A DNA stretch of 64,000 bases, taken from assembly GCF_009914755.1 (NCBI RefSeq), contig NC_060941.1. One strand, written 5' to 3'. Positions 1 through 15,395 of the stretch are shown piece after piece. Position 1 is the first letter of the stretch. Every line of letters begins with the position of its first letter. Below the pieces are notes generated by a model, which made no database searches, was not told the origin of the DNA, and saw only the letters and a list, made by a program, of their open reading frames with translations. The stretch comes from the human T2T-CHM13v2.0 reference genome, Homo sapiens. A program made the translations under genes and the position numbers.

Positions 1-190
1 ACTTTTGGTGAGTTACTTAACCTCTCTCTGAGCCTTGCTTTTTCCCATCCCCCACCCCCACCCAAGATGAGAATACTAATAGGACTTGCTTTGCAGAGTG
101 ATTGTGATGACAAAATGAGATAGTGCTTGTAACACGCTTGACATGGTGCCTGGAACATAGTAAGCACTTAATAAACGGCATTTACGACTG
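1..190 (+). mobile_element. MIR fragment
   Basis: gttacttaacctctctctgagcct...cctggaacatagtaagcacttaataaa. Confidence 0.7.
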
Positions 191-564
191 CTGTTATTAT
201 CAGGGGAAGAAGAGGAGGGGTTACAGTGAGGGGGAATTCTTACTGCCATCCATTCACCTTCTGCCCCTGGGAGAACTGCCTCCTAAGGAGGCAGACGAGG
301 AATGAGGCTGGAGAACTCAAAACATCCCTGGTCACCACCATCCGAGAGCTGGATACAGGCAAGGTCCCAAATGCAGAAGACGCAGCACAGTGCATCTGAA
401 GTCAGCTGAAACTGGAAGACGGGAAAGTGTGTTCAGAGAACGTCCAGGGCACTACAAGGGTCTCAGCTACAGGGAAGCTGACTTGGGCTTCCCCACCTTT
501 CTGGGTCACTCAACCTTCCCTCTCCCCGTATACTATTTTAGGTCATGCCTCCATGTTTTCCCCC

Positions 565-660
565 AACAAAATGAGATTTAATTAATTCAATTAAAGCAAT
601 TTTGGGAGCAGCTCCTGAAGGCTTTCAATGTGAGATAATTACAAGTAATTTGCTGCCGTG
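565..660. promoter_or_regulatory. Candidate DLX4-DLX3 intergenic enhancer (homeodomain TAAT cluster)
   Basis: TTTAATTAATTCAATTAAA and ATAATTACAAGTAATTT in otherwise GC-rich unique DNA. Confidence 0.55.
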
Positions 661-1878
661 AAGAGGAAAAGGGCACATGGGGTCTGAGGGGAAGGGAGGT
701 AGCCCCCTCCTCACCAAATACACACAGATCTTGAGGGATTCCACACTGCAATCTTAACTGCCCTCCCACTGGCCAAATTACTTGCAGGTGGGAAGAGGGA
801 GAATGTGGTGGTGATGGTTGAGGGGGAAGACACCCAGTGACAGGCTGCCCCTCCTCCACCCCCAAATCTGAGGTGGGGGTGGGGAGCTGGTTGTTCCCCG
901 ACAAAATGTCTGCAATGCCATAGCAGCTGATTACTCAGCTCCAAACCTCATTTGAGTTTGGATGCCTGGACTTGCCTCTGGGATTGTATCCAGAGAGTCA
1001 ATGGAATGTTATCCCAGTAGCTGAGGCCTGTGTAGACGGGGGCTTTGGAGATCAAGGACCTCCCCAGAATTTATAAGGGATATGGGTAGAGAAAGGAAAA
1101 GTCTTTAGAAGGTGGACAGTGATTTCCTGCTTCCACCAAGGAGCTGACGGGACACTCATTTCTCTCCTCCCTGCTCGAAGTCTGTCTAGTTTCTGCCTGG
1201 TGTCTAATCTCAATTCCTCCCATTATAGTGATGGCAAAGCTCCTCTCAGTTGAATGCACAGAGGCTTCTTCCTTCCAAAAGGCATCCTACAGGTGTTTCC
1301 CCTCCCCTCTGCCCCTGGGATAACCCTTTCCTTCCCAGGCCTCATTTGGCCAGGAGGAGGCAGGAGGGGGACATGATGGAGCTGAGAGGTAGATGCTGGG
1401 AGGCAGGGGTTTAAAACAAGGTGTGGGGATGGACTTCAGGGCTCTGCAAAGACCCTCTCAAGCCCGCCCATGAAGGAGCTGGCTTTCAAGAGCCTAGGGT
1501 TCCCCTTGACCTGGGAGCCCCGTTCCAGGAGGTGAGTAATGTTTTAACAATGATGGTTGAAAAGAAAAAGTCACCGACCCCATAGTGTTTCTCTTTCATA
1601 TCTCCCCCTCTCATTTCAAGGTGGGGTAAAGAGGAAGAGTTCCGTCAGCTCTTGTTTCTCCTCACCTCACCCCACCCCACCTCGTGCCCCTGCCCCTACT
1701 CTGAGCAGCATGGCTGTTGGACCTGGGGAGCCAGGAGAAATTCTATCAGTGAGTCCTTGGGTGACTGCTCTCTCTCCTTCCAAGATGAAAACACTTCGAG
1801 AGAGACAAGCGGCCTCCTCACCACGCCTCCACTTCCCCATTTCCTGGCCTGTGCAGATTGCTTAAAAAGGGGGAATAG

Positions 1879-2549
<671 letters not shown>

Positions 2550-4972
2550 CTAGCTTCCTTGTGTGCAAGCAGCACATGTGTGTAGGCGGGGCGGGGGCAG
2601 TCTCTTTTTCTCTACCTCTTTCTTCTCCTGCCACCTTCCCTTTCTCTCTCCCTTTCCCAGCTCTCCATCTATTTTCTGGGAACATTTCTCTGGTGAGTGG
2701 TTGAGGAGAGAGGCTGAACAGCCACAGAAACTCGATAATTTTATTCTGACTTGATTGTTTGTGTTCCCTGAAGCTTTGCCTACTTCTTTTCCTAAGCTCT
2801 AGCAAGAAAAGCTTCTGTCCCCAGCCCTTCCTGGTACAACTCATGGCTCCCAGACATGTCCTTGGAGTCCAGCTCTGCCACGGGAACCCAGAGGCTATTT
2901 AAGGGGGCTTAAGTGGCCTTTCCTTCAGAAGTCTCCACTGATCCCTCTTCCCCACTTCCCGACATTGACTCCAATCCAGGGAAGCAGGAGGGGGCTTGGG
3001 ATCACAAAGTGGTGAGGAAGGCACAGCTCTGCGAACCAAAGATCTGTATCTGATACTACTTGCTGTGTGACCTTGGGCAAGTTACATACCCTCTCTGAAA
3101 CTCAGATAATTTCTCTTGCTAAGTTCTGGGTGCAGGGACCAGAGTGGGCTAATGTGTGTCTACCACCACTCTCCACTCTAGTCTGGGGCTTTGTAAAGGC
3201 AGACCCTGCCTCTACCATCAGACTGAGCTCCCCTGTGCCTCAGATGGGATGCATCCTACAGCTGGCTCTTCCCAGCCCCCCAGTTTGATGATGCTGAGGT
3301 ACTCAGCCCCACTGGCACCCTAGGGGGCATGTCTGGCCAGCTCAGGAAGGGGAAAGGAGTCGGCCCCAAGCTTCCTCCAAACATCAAGCTTTCTGATTCA
3401 GTGTCTCACAGTGCCAGGCCTTCAGCCTCTCTGACCCAAAACTGGAGAGATGACTTCATTTCCAGGGGAGGGTGCCACTCTCTGTGGAGGGCATGTGGAA
3501 GAGATTCCTCTCAGCTCTGTATGAACCATTCCTTTCAGAGTTTAGTTGCTTGGGGTTAAGCCTGAAGAAGATCATTTTGCCGCTGCATGAGACTTCACTC
3601 AGGTCTGTGGCCCCCATTCTCTCACCCTCCCCATCTCCAGCTGATGTAACATAGAGCCCACATCATGAGGTTGGAGCACCCACCTGGATCATCCCACTTT
3701 GATCACGAGGTTCCCTGGGCATCTCCTCCACCTACAAGCCCACCCCATGATTATCTTCTCTGTCCTGGTTTGCACCTTAACCTGATCCATTAAGACTTGC
3801 ACTCTTTCTTCAGACTGGGGGTTGCCAGAGAGCGCTTCATGGGCCTCCCCTCTTGGACTGGGGACTCCTGGGCACCCTGGCTTCTTCCTCTGCCTGCTCA
3901 CCCCTCCCTCAACCCTGATGCTCCCACTCTCTTTGGGGTGGAGAGGCTCAGCACATGGGGTTGGGTAGAGGCCTAAGAGGGGATGGGGCCACGTGGTACT
4001 TGCCAGGCCACGCCCTTTCCACTGCCTGCCTTGCCTGCCAGAGAGCCACAAGACCACTCCTCTCGGGCTGGACCCAGGAGCTGCTTTCTCTGTCTCTGCA
4101 AGCTCGGGCCTGCTGCAAACTCCTCCTCCCAGCCCTGGAGCCGCCGGGAATTCTTTGCTCCAACAGATCCTGGGGGAAGCCAGACTGCAGGAGGCTCCTG
4201 ACATGCCTCTGCCCAGCTCCTGTCACATTCCCCAAGCCCAGGGGGATCAGCTGGATCCACCAATGCAGGCTTCTTCCACCCCTTGTGACCCAGGTCTTTG
4301 CCTTACCGCCTCAAATCCTCCTACCCACCTTTCTAAACCGTGAATTCTGTCTTGGGACTCACCTCTGACTTTGGATCCCTCCCACTCCCAGCCCCTTGGC
4401 AGCCCTACCCGAGCAATAATTATTATCCCCCCAGCTCCCTTGGAATAACATTTACCTCCTTCTCCATACAGCCTTTATAAAGTCTTCATGGATTTGCACT
4501 CTGAGATGCAGGCACTCAGTCGAGAGGCCTTGGGCAAGTCACTTCACATCTCTGGGTCTTTATTTCTTCACCTATGCAGTAGGGCCAATGATCAAATGAT
4601 GTCTCCAAAGGTCATGGAGACAAGGAGAGTGCACCCCTAGTAAGTTGTGAAAAATACCAGGTATGCTAGGAGATATGGTGGCTTATTCCTTCACCCTGGC
4701 TAGACCAACTTGGTGCTGGAAGTGTCTCTCTTTCCATCCCCTAACTTCTTCTCTGACCCACCAGTTCACCATATAATGGAGAATAGTATAGTTCTACCCC
4801 CAGGAACACAAAATAACAAAGAGCCAGATTCCTGATTCAAGTCCAACTCGATGACCTTGGGCAAGTTTCTTAACCTCTGTGTACCGCACCTTTCTTACCT
4901 GGAAAATGAAGATGAGAGCATGTGCTTCACAGAGTTTTTTGTGGGAACTATATGAGTTGAAACCCAAAAGTC

Positions 4973-5280
<308 letters not shown>

Positions 5281-5754
5281 TCACAATAATACAGTAAGCA
5301 TTCAGCAAGGATTCATAATTATTAGTATCTCTGACTGACAAGCAAGGAAAACACTCTCTGTCCACGAGGAATCTTGCCCAAGTACCAGTTCCTCTATTGC
5401 TCTTCTCTGCTTGGAAGTCTCTATTCCCAGGTGTCAGGATGGCCAAGTGGTCTAAGGAAGTCTCTATTCCCACCAAGCATCTTTTTGGGTTGGAGCCACC
5501 TGTCAGTAAAGCCCTGGTGTGGGCTATCTTCTTCAGCCACCCTGTAGTGTGGGTGATGGGCTGGACAGAAGCTGCTTTGTGACTAGTGGAGGAGGTTGTG
5601 CAGGAGACTGGCTAAAGTGTGAGGATGTCTGACTGCGCTCCCTGGGCAGCCCTCTGAACACCTCAGGTGGGAAGACAACTGAAGAGGGAAGGCCATACAG
5701 TGCCTGCCTCAGTCAGAGCTAATGCAGAGGCAGACAATGCCCCTGACTTCTTCA

Positions 5755-6175
<421 letters not shown>

Positions 6176-6658
6176 TTAGAAAACTCAAGAAACTCCAGAG
6201 GAAAAAATCTTCCAGAATTAAGAGAATTTTGGCATGGTGGCTAGATATGAGATAAATATAAGACATCAGTAACTGTTCTTTAGTATAGCAATAAATAAGG
6301 AAAAATATTCCTTTTAAAATGGAAATGCAAAACAAAATCTGTAAGCATATAGACGTGGAGACCAGATATTTAGCTGATCAGTAACTGAGATATATAAACC
6401 CCTGTCATCATCCCTTCTGCTGGTTCTAGGCACATGATGGTTTCCTGGGTGATCATCCTTCTATTATCTGAGTCATGAGATCAAGAAAGCACTTTTCCAG
6501 TAGAGGGAGGAATTTTGTAGGTGATCTCCCCTGACAGAGAAGAAAGGGTCAACTTTGGACTCATGGAGGGTACATAGAACTCCCTGGGCCAACTGAGGAG
6601 GACGCTGAGGAGTGTCCTACCTGCCTATGGCTGATTTAATCTAAAACGGACAGTACAG

Positions 6659-7270
<612 letters not shown>

Positions 7271-7617
7271 TCCCTGCCCAGATCTTGGGAGGAACTCTCT
7301 GCTCTTCTGCTTGCCTTCCTTTCCAGCCCCAATTCTGCTCCCTCTGGCCTTCTGACTTCTTTAGTTGCCCACCCTCCCCTGGCTGAAGGCACATCATCCT
7401 CCCCCACTCACCATCAGTGGTTCCTGAGCTCAGGGCAGGCCTAACTGACCTAGGGAGTGGGTGTGGGACAGTGCCACACACATTGCATGACGTGGCCAGG
7501 CACCCTCAGTGTGCAGGGAAGCACACGCTGCTGCCAGGTGCGAGGTGAACTGCCTGGGGTGGGGGATACCCCTCCCCTGCTCCAGCTAATCCTCCAGGGT
7601 GTGGAGTCTCTGTTCCC

Positions 7618-7630
7618 TGCTGACTCAGCA
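7618..7630. promoter_or_regulatory. Perfect Maf recognition element (T-MARE)
   Basis: TGCTGACTCAGCA. Confidence 0.55.
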
Positions 7631-9019
7631 GACACTTCCAATCCTGCTCTGATTTGCCCCAGGAGACAACCCAGGAATTTGGGCCTTGAGGCCCCACCCA
7701 CTGTTCCCATCCCCAGGTTTGTCTCCTTCCAAGGTGCCTATCCTGGCTGCCTGACCCCTAAGCCCCTCCTCTGACTCCTCATCTTGGGCAGAGGCAGCCA
7801 GGAGACTCCTGGCCCTTCCTCAATGCTTCCTGGGCCTCTGAGCTTCCCAGGACGCTCCTGGAGCTTAACAGGCCTGGTCCATACTCTCTCCCACCCCCAA
7901 AAAGTCTGCTAGATTCCCCAACAAAACAGGCCAATTGAAGAAAAGCATTCAGGGGTGTCAGATCACTGGGACCACCTGCTTGTGATCCAGAGGCCTCTCT
8001 TGGTTCTGCAAGGGTTTGAGAGCCCACTCAGCAGTGCCTGTCCAGGTGTAGCCTCGTGTAGGGAGAGGAGCCCCAGCACTAAGAACAATCACCTGCTGTG
8101 TGACCTTGGGCAAGTCACACAACCTCTCTGGGCCTGCTTCCTGATGATTAGATGAGAATGCCTAGAGAGAGTGCGATCACTGTCAACTCCTGCAGTTGCT
8201 CAGGAGAAGCAATTGGATGCTGGGCTTTCCTGTTGTCATCTCATTTAACCCCCATCAGCCTGGGGAGGGACAGTTATCATGTCCCCCTCAGCTTCACAGC
8301 CCCTCCCCTGATGCTGAGAGAGGGACTAGGAGAGGGGTCCCAAGATCAATCATTTCACGTCATTATTCATTCATTATGTGTTCACTGAGCATCCTGCTAT
8401 TCCAGCCTGTGCTAGGCATGAGGTGGGGGTGGGGGGTGTCCAGGAGAACATGTCCCAGTCCCTGACTTCATTCCTGATGCCCCCAGTTCAGATTCTTCCC
8501 TAGTTTTGCCCCTAGGGACCCTGGTATAAAAAGGCATTTCCAGGTCCCTTGCCTTCCAGCCCAGCAACCCTCCCCAGGGGGAACAAAAATACTCCACGTG
8601 GTTCATGCCCATGCTATGAGCTGGGGACAAAGCAATAAGGAAGGCGCCATGCAGGCTCTGCCTCCACAGAGCTAGGATGGAGCCTGCAGAGAGTCACTGA
8701 GTTAGTGGTGACAAGCATAGCCCAGTGACAAAAGAGAAAGGCAAGGGCTGGAGACCCATGTTGGAGATGGGGGAAGGCTTCCCTGAGGAAGTGGCCTTAA
8801 GGGCTTCTGGTGGGGAGGTTGCTGGGCCCCTTTGAAGAGACTGAGGCTGCCCTTCCCTGACTTCCTGGCCCCAGCCTTCTCCTGCAATCCCCCAACCTGC
8901 TCCCTCTGCCCCCAGCCCCACTAGTGCCCCATCAACATCATCCTCCTGCCCACCTGGGGCCTCGGAAACTCATCTCCAAGCACTTTTTGGCTTGGAAGTC
9001 TCCAAGTCTCAGGCTGTTG

Positions 9020-9075
9020 GGTAGTTGGTAAACAGCTTATTAAGGTGATTAACACTGCAATTAAAGCTGGAAAAA
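9020..9075. promoter_or_regulatory. Candidate intergenic enhancer core (FOX GTAAACA plus ATTA sites)
   Basis: GGTAAACAGCTTATTAAGGTGATTAACACTGCAATTAAAG. Confidence 0.5.
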
Positions 9076-10269
9076 CAGAGGCCAGGGTGCTGGCTGCTTC
9101 CCCTTCTCCTTCCCCCTCCATTCTCCCCTTCCCTTCCAATCCCCTCCAGGCTTAGTTGATGGAATTCAGCCAACGTAGCCACCTAGAGCCCTCATCTAGG
9201 GTCTTGGAAGTCAGGGGCTGGGAGGCTGAGGGTCAAGGGTCTTTGCCAGCTGTCTAGAATCTTTACCACTTTGCTCACATTACCCCAGTGGCTCTGCTGG
9301 ACTAGATAATAAGCGGTAGGGGTGGTGTGGTCCTGAAGGGTGTGGCATATGGAGGCTGAAGTGGGTGGAGTCTCTGAGATCCCCTAGTATCTGGGACCCC
9401 CTCCAGGGAGGGGTCCTTAGGGAAAGAGAGATCATCCTTCTCATCCACTTCCCCAAGTGAGAAAAGCAGAAGCTATCTCCTCCCAAAAGAGGCGCAGGAG
9501 CTTCCGTACCCCAAGCTCAAGGTGCTGGAGCATCTTCCAGCAAACCTGAGGGTCTGGGAATGGCAAGACCCTTACCCTTCTCTTAGCCTGACACCCAGGG
9601 AAGGATGTGGGGACCCTCTGAGTCTGCGGTTTCCCTCCCTGCACTGGCCCCAGCATGATTCATAAGACAGCTGCGATCAGGCTCCACAAGCCTCACTCCT
9701 CTTGACCCCATGAAGTCCCAGAGGGGGGATATGTTCCCAGAGCCGCCCCCCACCCATCTTTGCCTATCATGCTTCCATCTTCTTACAAGGCTTCCTTCAA
9801 ATGCCTCCTCCTCTATGCAATCTTTCCAGGCTTCCCTCCCACTCACCACCAACTGCCTTGCCCTTTCCTCTGACAGTCCATCCTGTCCTCCCTGGACTAT
9901 GTCAGGTGTGCCCAGCTTCAGGCCCCTCCCGAGTGGGTCTGCTTCTGGCCCTGGAGCTCTTAGCACAGGGTCTGTGCCTTCCTTTTCCAGGCTTTGGTCA
10001 TCAGTCAGACCACCTCCTGGAACAGTGCCTGAGATATAGCAGGTGCTCAATAAATAATTGGTTGATTTATTCCTTTTATGAGTGCACCTAGAGATGCGTG
10101 GGTCAGCCAATGTAGCAAGTGCAGCCAGTGGGCTGGGTCTGAACTGGGGGTGTGGAGTGATGGATGGGGCAGGAGGCAGGCTGGGGAGCAAGCCCCATCC
10201 CCCTGGTCACCATTAGCAGCCGCCGCTTCCATTAACTGAGTAGTACTCACCATCTGCTGGGGACCTTGT

Positions 10270-10815
10270 TAAATATTTTACTCACATTATCTCATTTAAT
10301 CCTCTCAACAACCCTGCTAGGTAGGTAGCATTATCCCTACACTACAGATGAGGAAACTGAGGCTTAGAAAGGTTAAGTGACTTGCCCAAGGTCACACAAC
10401 CAATAAAGTACTGGAGGCAGGATTCAAATCCAGGTCAGCTGACTCCAGCATGCACATTCCTGACTGCAACATTAAGCTTTCCCAGGACCAGCCCTCCCCT
10501 CTCCATTTCGCCTCCCAGGGAAGAACCCAGGGAGGAGGGCTGGCCAGCTGGGGTGGGTGGGGCTGTGGTGGCTCCAGCTTTCAGACACTCTGCACTGGGA
10601 TGCCCAGAGATTCTGAAAAGCCCACTAAGAGCACCCATTCTCCAGACCTAGGGTTCAAATTCTAGCATTGGCAAGTATGAGTTATGTGACCTCAGCAGAG
10701 ACTAAATTTCTTTTGCCTCCGTTTTCCCACCTGATAAATGGGCACTATACCACCTACCTCCCAAGCTGTTGTGAAGGTCACATGCAAAGTGCTTGGCACG
10801 GAGTAGGAGTTTAGC
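10270..10815. mobile_element. MIR fragments (10270-10470 minus; 10650-10815 plus)
   Basis: MIR core acagatgaggaaactgaggcttagaaaggttaagtgacttgcccaaggtcacac. Confidence 0.75.
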
Positions 10816-11800
10816 GAATGCCAGCTGTGTCTAAGTTTTGGAGAACAGTGACCCTCAGGGCAGGCTGGGGTTCCCTAGCCCGCCCTGCTTCTTCCCCGCC
10901 TCACAAAGGTTGTCACGAGGCCATGGGTGTAGTCAAGAAGCACCTGGTAGAAGATGGGCTCAGCAGGCTTACCCTGGTACCCTGCCAGGGCCTCCACCCC
11001 CAGCCCCTGTGCTTGTGGGGGGCCCCCATCAGGGCTGATGAAGAGGGTGACCTGCCTGGCCTAGAGGAGAGGAGAGGAGGAAGGGGAGGTCAGGGGTGGG
11101 GCTGACCCCCACAGGAGGTCACCTGGGCAGTTAATCCAGCCTGACAGAGCCGGGATGAGCAGGGAGGAATTAGGGAGCTTACAACATCCTTTCATCCCAG
11201 AGCCGCGGACTGCCCGCCCTGCCTCCCTCCTTCCTTCCTCTCTCTCTGCCCTTTCCTTCTCTCTCCCTCCCTTTGCTGGCAGCCCAGCCCTAATAAAATG
11301 CAGTGTCTCCAGCAAGTCTGCCCGGCTGCCGCCTCGCTGCTCCCGCCTGCACGCAGCCCTCAAACCAAACTACTCAGCTCAGCCCTGCCTGGCAGCTGCC
11401 ACCTTAACCCTTGCCAGCCCGGCTGGCATCCGTGGGCTGGAGGCCCTCCTCCCTTCCGCCTCCCGTGGGCATGGGGGAGGGAAGAGCCTACCTTCTGAGA
11501 GGGAGGGGACTGGATGAGGGCTGGGTCTCCCCAGCTCTGGAGCCCTGCTGGAGGACCCCCCATCTGTGTGGCTGTGAGCGTCCAACAAATCCCTTCTGTG
11601 AGCTTGAGACCCGCTCCTTCTGCCTCATCCTTAGTCGGCTGTGTGCCTCAAAACAGCCCCAGAGGTCAACAGGGTGGGGATCGTTATCCCTATTTGACAG
11701 ATGGGGAAACTGAGGGCCTTGACACAGAGGTTCCTATCTAAGCTGGGTCACCTCGGCTGTTGGGTAGTGTTTTCTTCTTTCTCTTTCTCTCGTTCTTTCC

Positions 11801-12092
11801 TTTTTTTTTTTTTTCGGGGTCTTGCTCTGTCGCCCAGGCTGGAGTGCAGTGGTGTGATCACTTCTCACTGTAGCCTCAACCTCTCATGCTTAAGCAATCC
11901 TCCCACCTCCGCCTCCTGAGTAGCTGGAACTACAGGTGCATGCCACCATACCCGGCTAATTTTTGTGTTTTTTGTAGAGACGGGGTTTCACCTTGTTGCC
12001 CAGGCTAGTCTCGAGCTCCTAGGCCGAAATGACCTGCCCACCTTGGCCTATCAAAGGGCTAGGATTATAGGCGTGAGCCACCATGCGTGGCC
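11801..12092 (-). mobile_element. Alu (AluJ-like)
   Basis: Poly-T then antisense Alu ending CCATGCGTGGCC. Confidence 0.9.
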
Positions 12093-12142
12093 ATGCTACT
12101 GATTTTCTATCTGACTTTTTCCATTACAGGGAGCTGCTCTGC

Positions 12143-12144
<2 letters not shown>

Positions 12145-12194
<50 letters not shown>
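12145..12194. repeat. (TG)n microsatellite
   Basis: About 25 perfect TG units. Confidence 0.95.
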
Positions 12195-12195
<1 letters not shown>

Positions 12196-13139
12196 TGATG
12201 CTAGGGTGACTTGAGTGATGTGTGGCTGTGCACCTGTGTTGGCAGCCCGCATCTCTTGGAGTATTATGGCTTTGGCTTTGTACCTCGTGTGATGCCAACA
12301 TGTCTCAGGTGTGTGTTTGCGTCTGTGGATGTGTCTGCAGATGACAGGTTTGCCTCAAGTGGGAGTCCATGTGTGTGTGACGATGGGGAGATGTCATTGT
12401 GTGTCTTGATGCATGCATGTGAGAGAGAGGTAGCTTCACAAGCGTGTGCATGCATTCACGCTGTCTCCCATCTGCGCCAAGATGTGTCACTCTCACACAC
12501 CTCCGTTCATTCTGCCACCTCCAGCTCTCCGTCTCCAAAGCCTTGGAGTTGGGCACCTAGAAGAGGAGGGTGGCGGCAGGGAAAAGGCTCTGAGTCAGGG
12601 CCTGAGCCCTCCTTGAGAATTAAACACAGACCCCTCCCCCATCACCAGGCCTGGATCACAGTGCTAGGTCCCTCCCCACTGAGGGAGCAGTCGTGTCCCC
12701 CTGACTGAGGCCCCACCCTCACCCCAAGCTGAAAGGGACAGACAGGAGGGTGAGGGGCCAGGAGTGCCTGGGCGTGGAGGCAGGGGGTTACACACATGTG
12801 CAAGCATGTCTGCATGTGAGCTCCAGATCAAAGACCAGCCCTGAGGTGACCCGGCGGCGATGCAGAGGGAGCTGTCTGATTCTGAGCACCAAGCTGCCAA
12901 GCAGTGGAGTCAGGGAAGCTGCTGCTGGGAGCCTCCCCCAAAGACCTGCCCAGATTGGGGACAGCCATGGTTTCAGGAGCACCTGCCACCAGGGGCCAGG
13001 CCCAGCCCAGCACCTTAGTAGTGGTTTCCTAGGGGCCCCGTCTCCCTCAGAGCGCAGAAGTGCCTCCTCACTGGACACCTTCCCCAACTCTCAGACCCTC
13101 CCCACAAGAGCTGCCACCAGCCTCCAGTTCAAAGAGCTC

Positions 13140-14656
13140 AGTGGTTATTTTCGTCTTTTTTATTAACATTATATATAAAGATGAGTCCAGTAAGAAAGCA
13201 GAAATGAGAAGGCTAGGAGGGGGTGGGAGATGGCTTTGCTTCTTCCCCCCCGGGTGGGACTCTTGGAGACCTACCACGTCTCTCTTGGCCCCTGCACCTC
13301 CCACAAAACCCAAATCCAGCCGGAGCCCACATCTCTCAGCTTGAAACACACAGGGAGATCCGTCCAGGAGGAACATGGCCACATAAATAGGAAACCGCAG
13401 CAGGGAGGAGGCTGCTTCTCTCTGTTGCTCTTAAAAAAAAAAAACTTACTATATATTTATATATATAGCTACAGTCTTCTACCTCTCCTTTTTTTTTTTT
13501 TTCAATGTTTTACTGCATCAGGGGTGGGGGAAAGTTAGCTTTGGTGGGATGTCTGGGTCAGGGAGGGGCAGTGCCACCAGCCCTCCAGGCAGTTACCCCT
13601 TACTCCCAAAGGCACAAGTTCTAACTCTCCCCTCCTCTCCCATACACCTCACCCGACATTCTCCAGCTCGGAGCAATCTGTTTCCAAGGCCACCGGAAAG
13701 GAGGTGTTTGGGGGTTTGTCTTGCCTGGCATGTCTCTTTGGAGATTTGGGGTTTGGCACCAAAACTGCCAACTTACTGGAGGAGTAGAGAAGGTGAGGTG
13801 GGGGCAGGGACAGAACAGAGGCACCCTTGCAAGGGGAGACTTGGCCCTATCTGTGAACAATGCCCTTTGTTTTCCTATTTTTCAACAGCTTTTAAAACCA
13901 AAGTTGTGCAAAGTCCTGGACATGGAAGAAATAAGTCCATAGGAAAAACGTCTGAGACCCACCCCTCCTCTCGGAACGGAGGAGAGGGGAGAGAGATGGC
14001 TCCTTTAGTTCTTTCCTCTAAAGCCACAAATATTAAAAGATTCCCTCACTTAGGGGGTTTTCTTTGGTTTCACCCTCAAATCTTAAATGAGGGCTAGAAG
14101 TGCAGGGCGGTGACCAGTTCAGGTCCCCACCCGGAGTCCTCGTCATGATGTCCACTGTCTTATTGGCCGAGGGGCCGCTCGAGCAGGGGGAGACCACCAG
14201 AGGCTCAGGAGGAACTAGGCCTGGCAAGTTTTAAGATCCACGGTGCCAGGTGCCCCAGCACAGGCAGGACCCGCAAACCCTCCACACTCTCCCCCATCCC
14301 AAGGTCTCCAGTCTGGGAACAGGCACTAAGTTTAAGAAGCTGGAAGATGATGAGCCATTTAAAGCCAATCCAGGCTCCTGGAGCAGGTAGGGGAATGGCT
14401 GTCCCCACTGGGGTGGAATGTCCCCACATCTGGAGGGGTACCCCAGTGTCTAGGCAGAGGGAGGGAGGTTCAGGGGGCATCCTTGGTCCATGCAAATGTC
14501 ATCTGGAAGCGCTTGGGTCCCTGGAGGAAGGGGCAAGGGAGGGGGAAAGGGAGTTCCTTTTCCCTGTGCTCCTCGATGATTCCTGAGTGGCTAGGACGGA
14601 GGCGCCTTCTGCCTGGTCCTGGGGTCCTTTGTCAAGGGTGCAGGCCAGATGGGTGC
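13140..14656 (-). other. DLX3: DLX3 3'UTR (~1.5 kb; 3' end approximate)
   Basis: Between stop codon and AATAAA at 13164-13159; TE-free. Confidence 0.8.
13159..13164 (-). terminator. DLX3: Polyadenylation signal AATAAA of DLX3
   Basis: TTTATT on + strand in an AT-rich patch ~1.5 kb past the stop. Confidence 0.8.
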
Positions 14657-15028
<372 letters not shown>

Positions 15029-15164
15029 CTAGTTAGCCTCTCAGAATGCTAAAACAACCCTGGGAAGAACCTAGCCAAGAAAAAGAAAGGCCAGAACCCA
15101 ATTTCACATAAGAATCAGGCAAAAAACAGGCCTCCTGACTCCCAGTTTCTTGGATCTGGGATAG

Positions 15165-15395
15165 AATTGTGGCTAGGAACGTTCAGCTGCCTGGGTCCAA
15201 ATTCTGCTCTGTCACTTACTAAGCGTGACCTTGGGCAAGTTGTTTAACCTCTCTTGTTCTTGACTTCCTCTTGTCTGCAAAATGGGGATGAGAACAGCAC
15301 TATTACCTGCCTCATAGGGTCATTCTGAGGCTCAAATAAGGTACGACATATAAAAAACTTAAAGCAGCCTGGTATGTAGTAAGCACTCAATAAAA
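15165..15395 (+). mobile_element. MIR in DLX3 intron 2
   Basis: gtgaccttgggcaagttgtttaacctctct...gtaagcactcaataaa. Confidence 0.75.
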
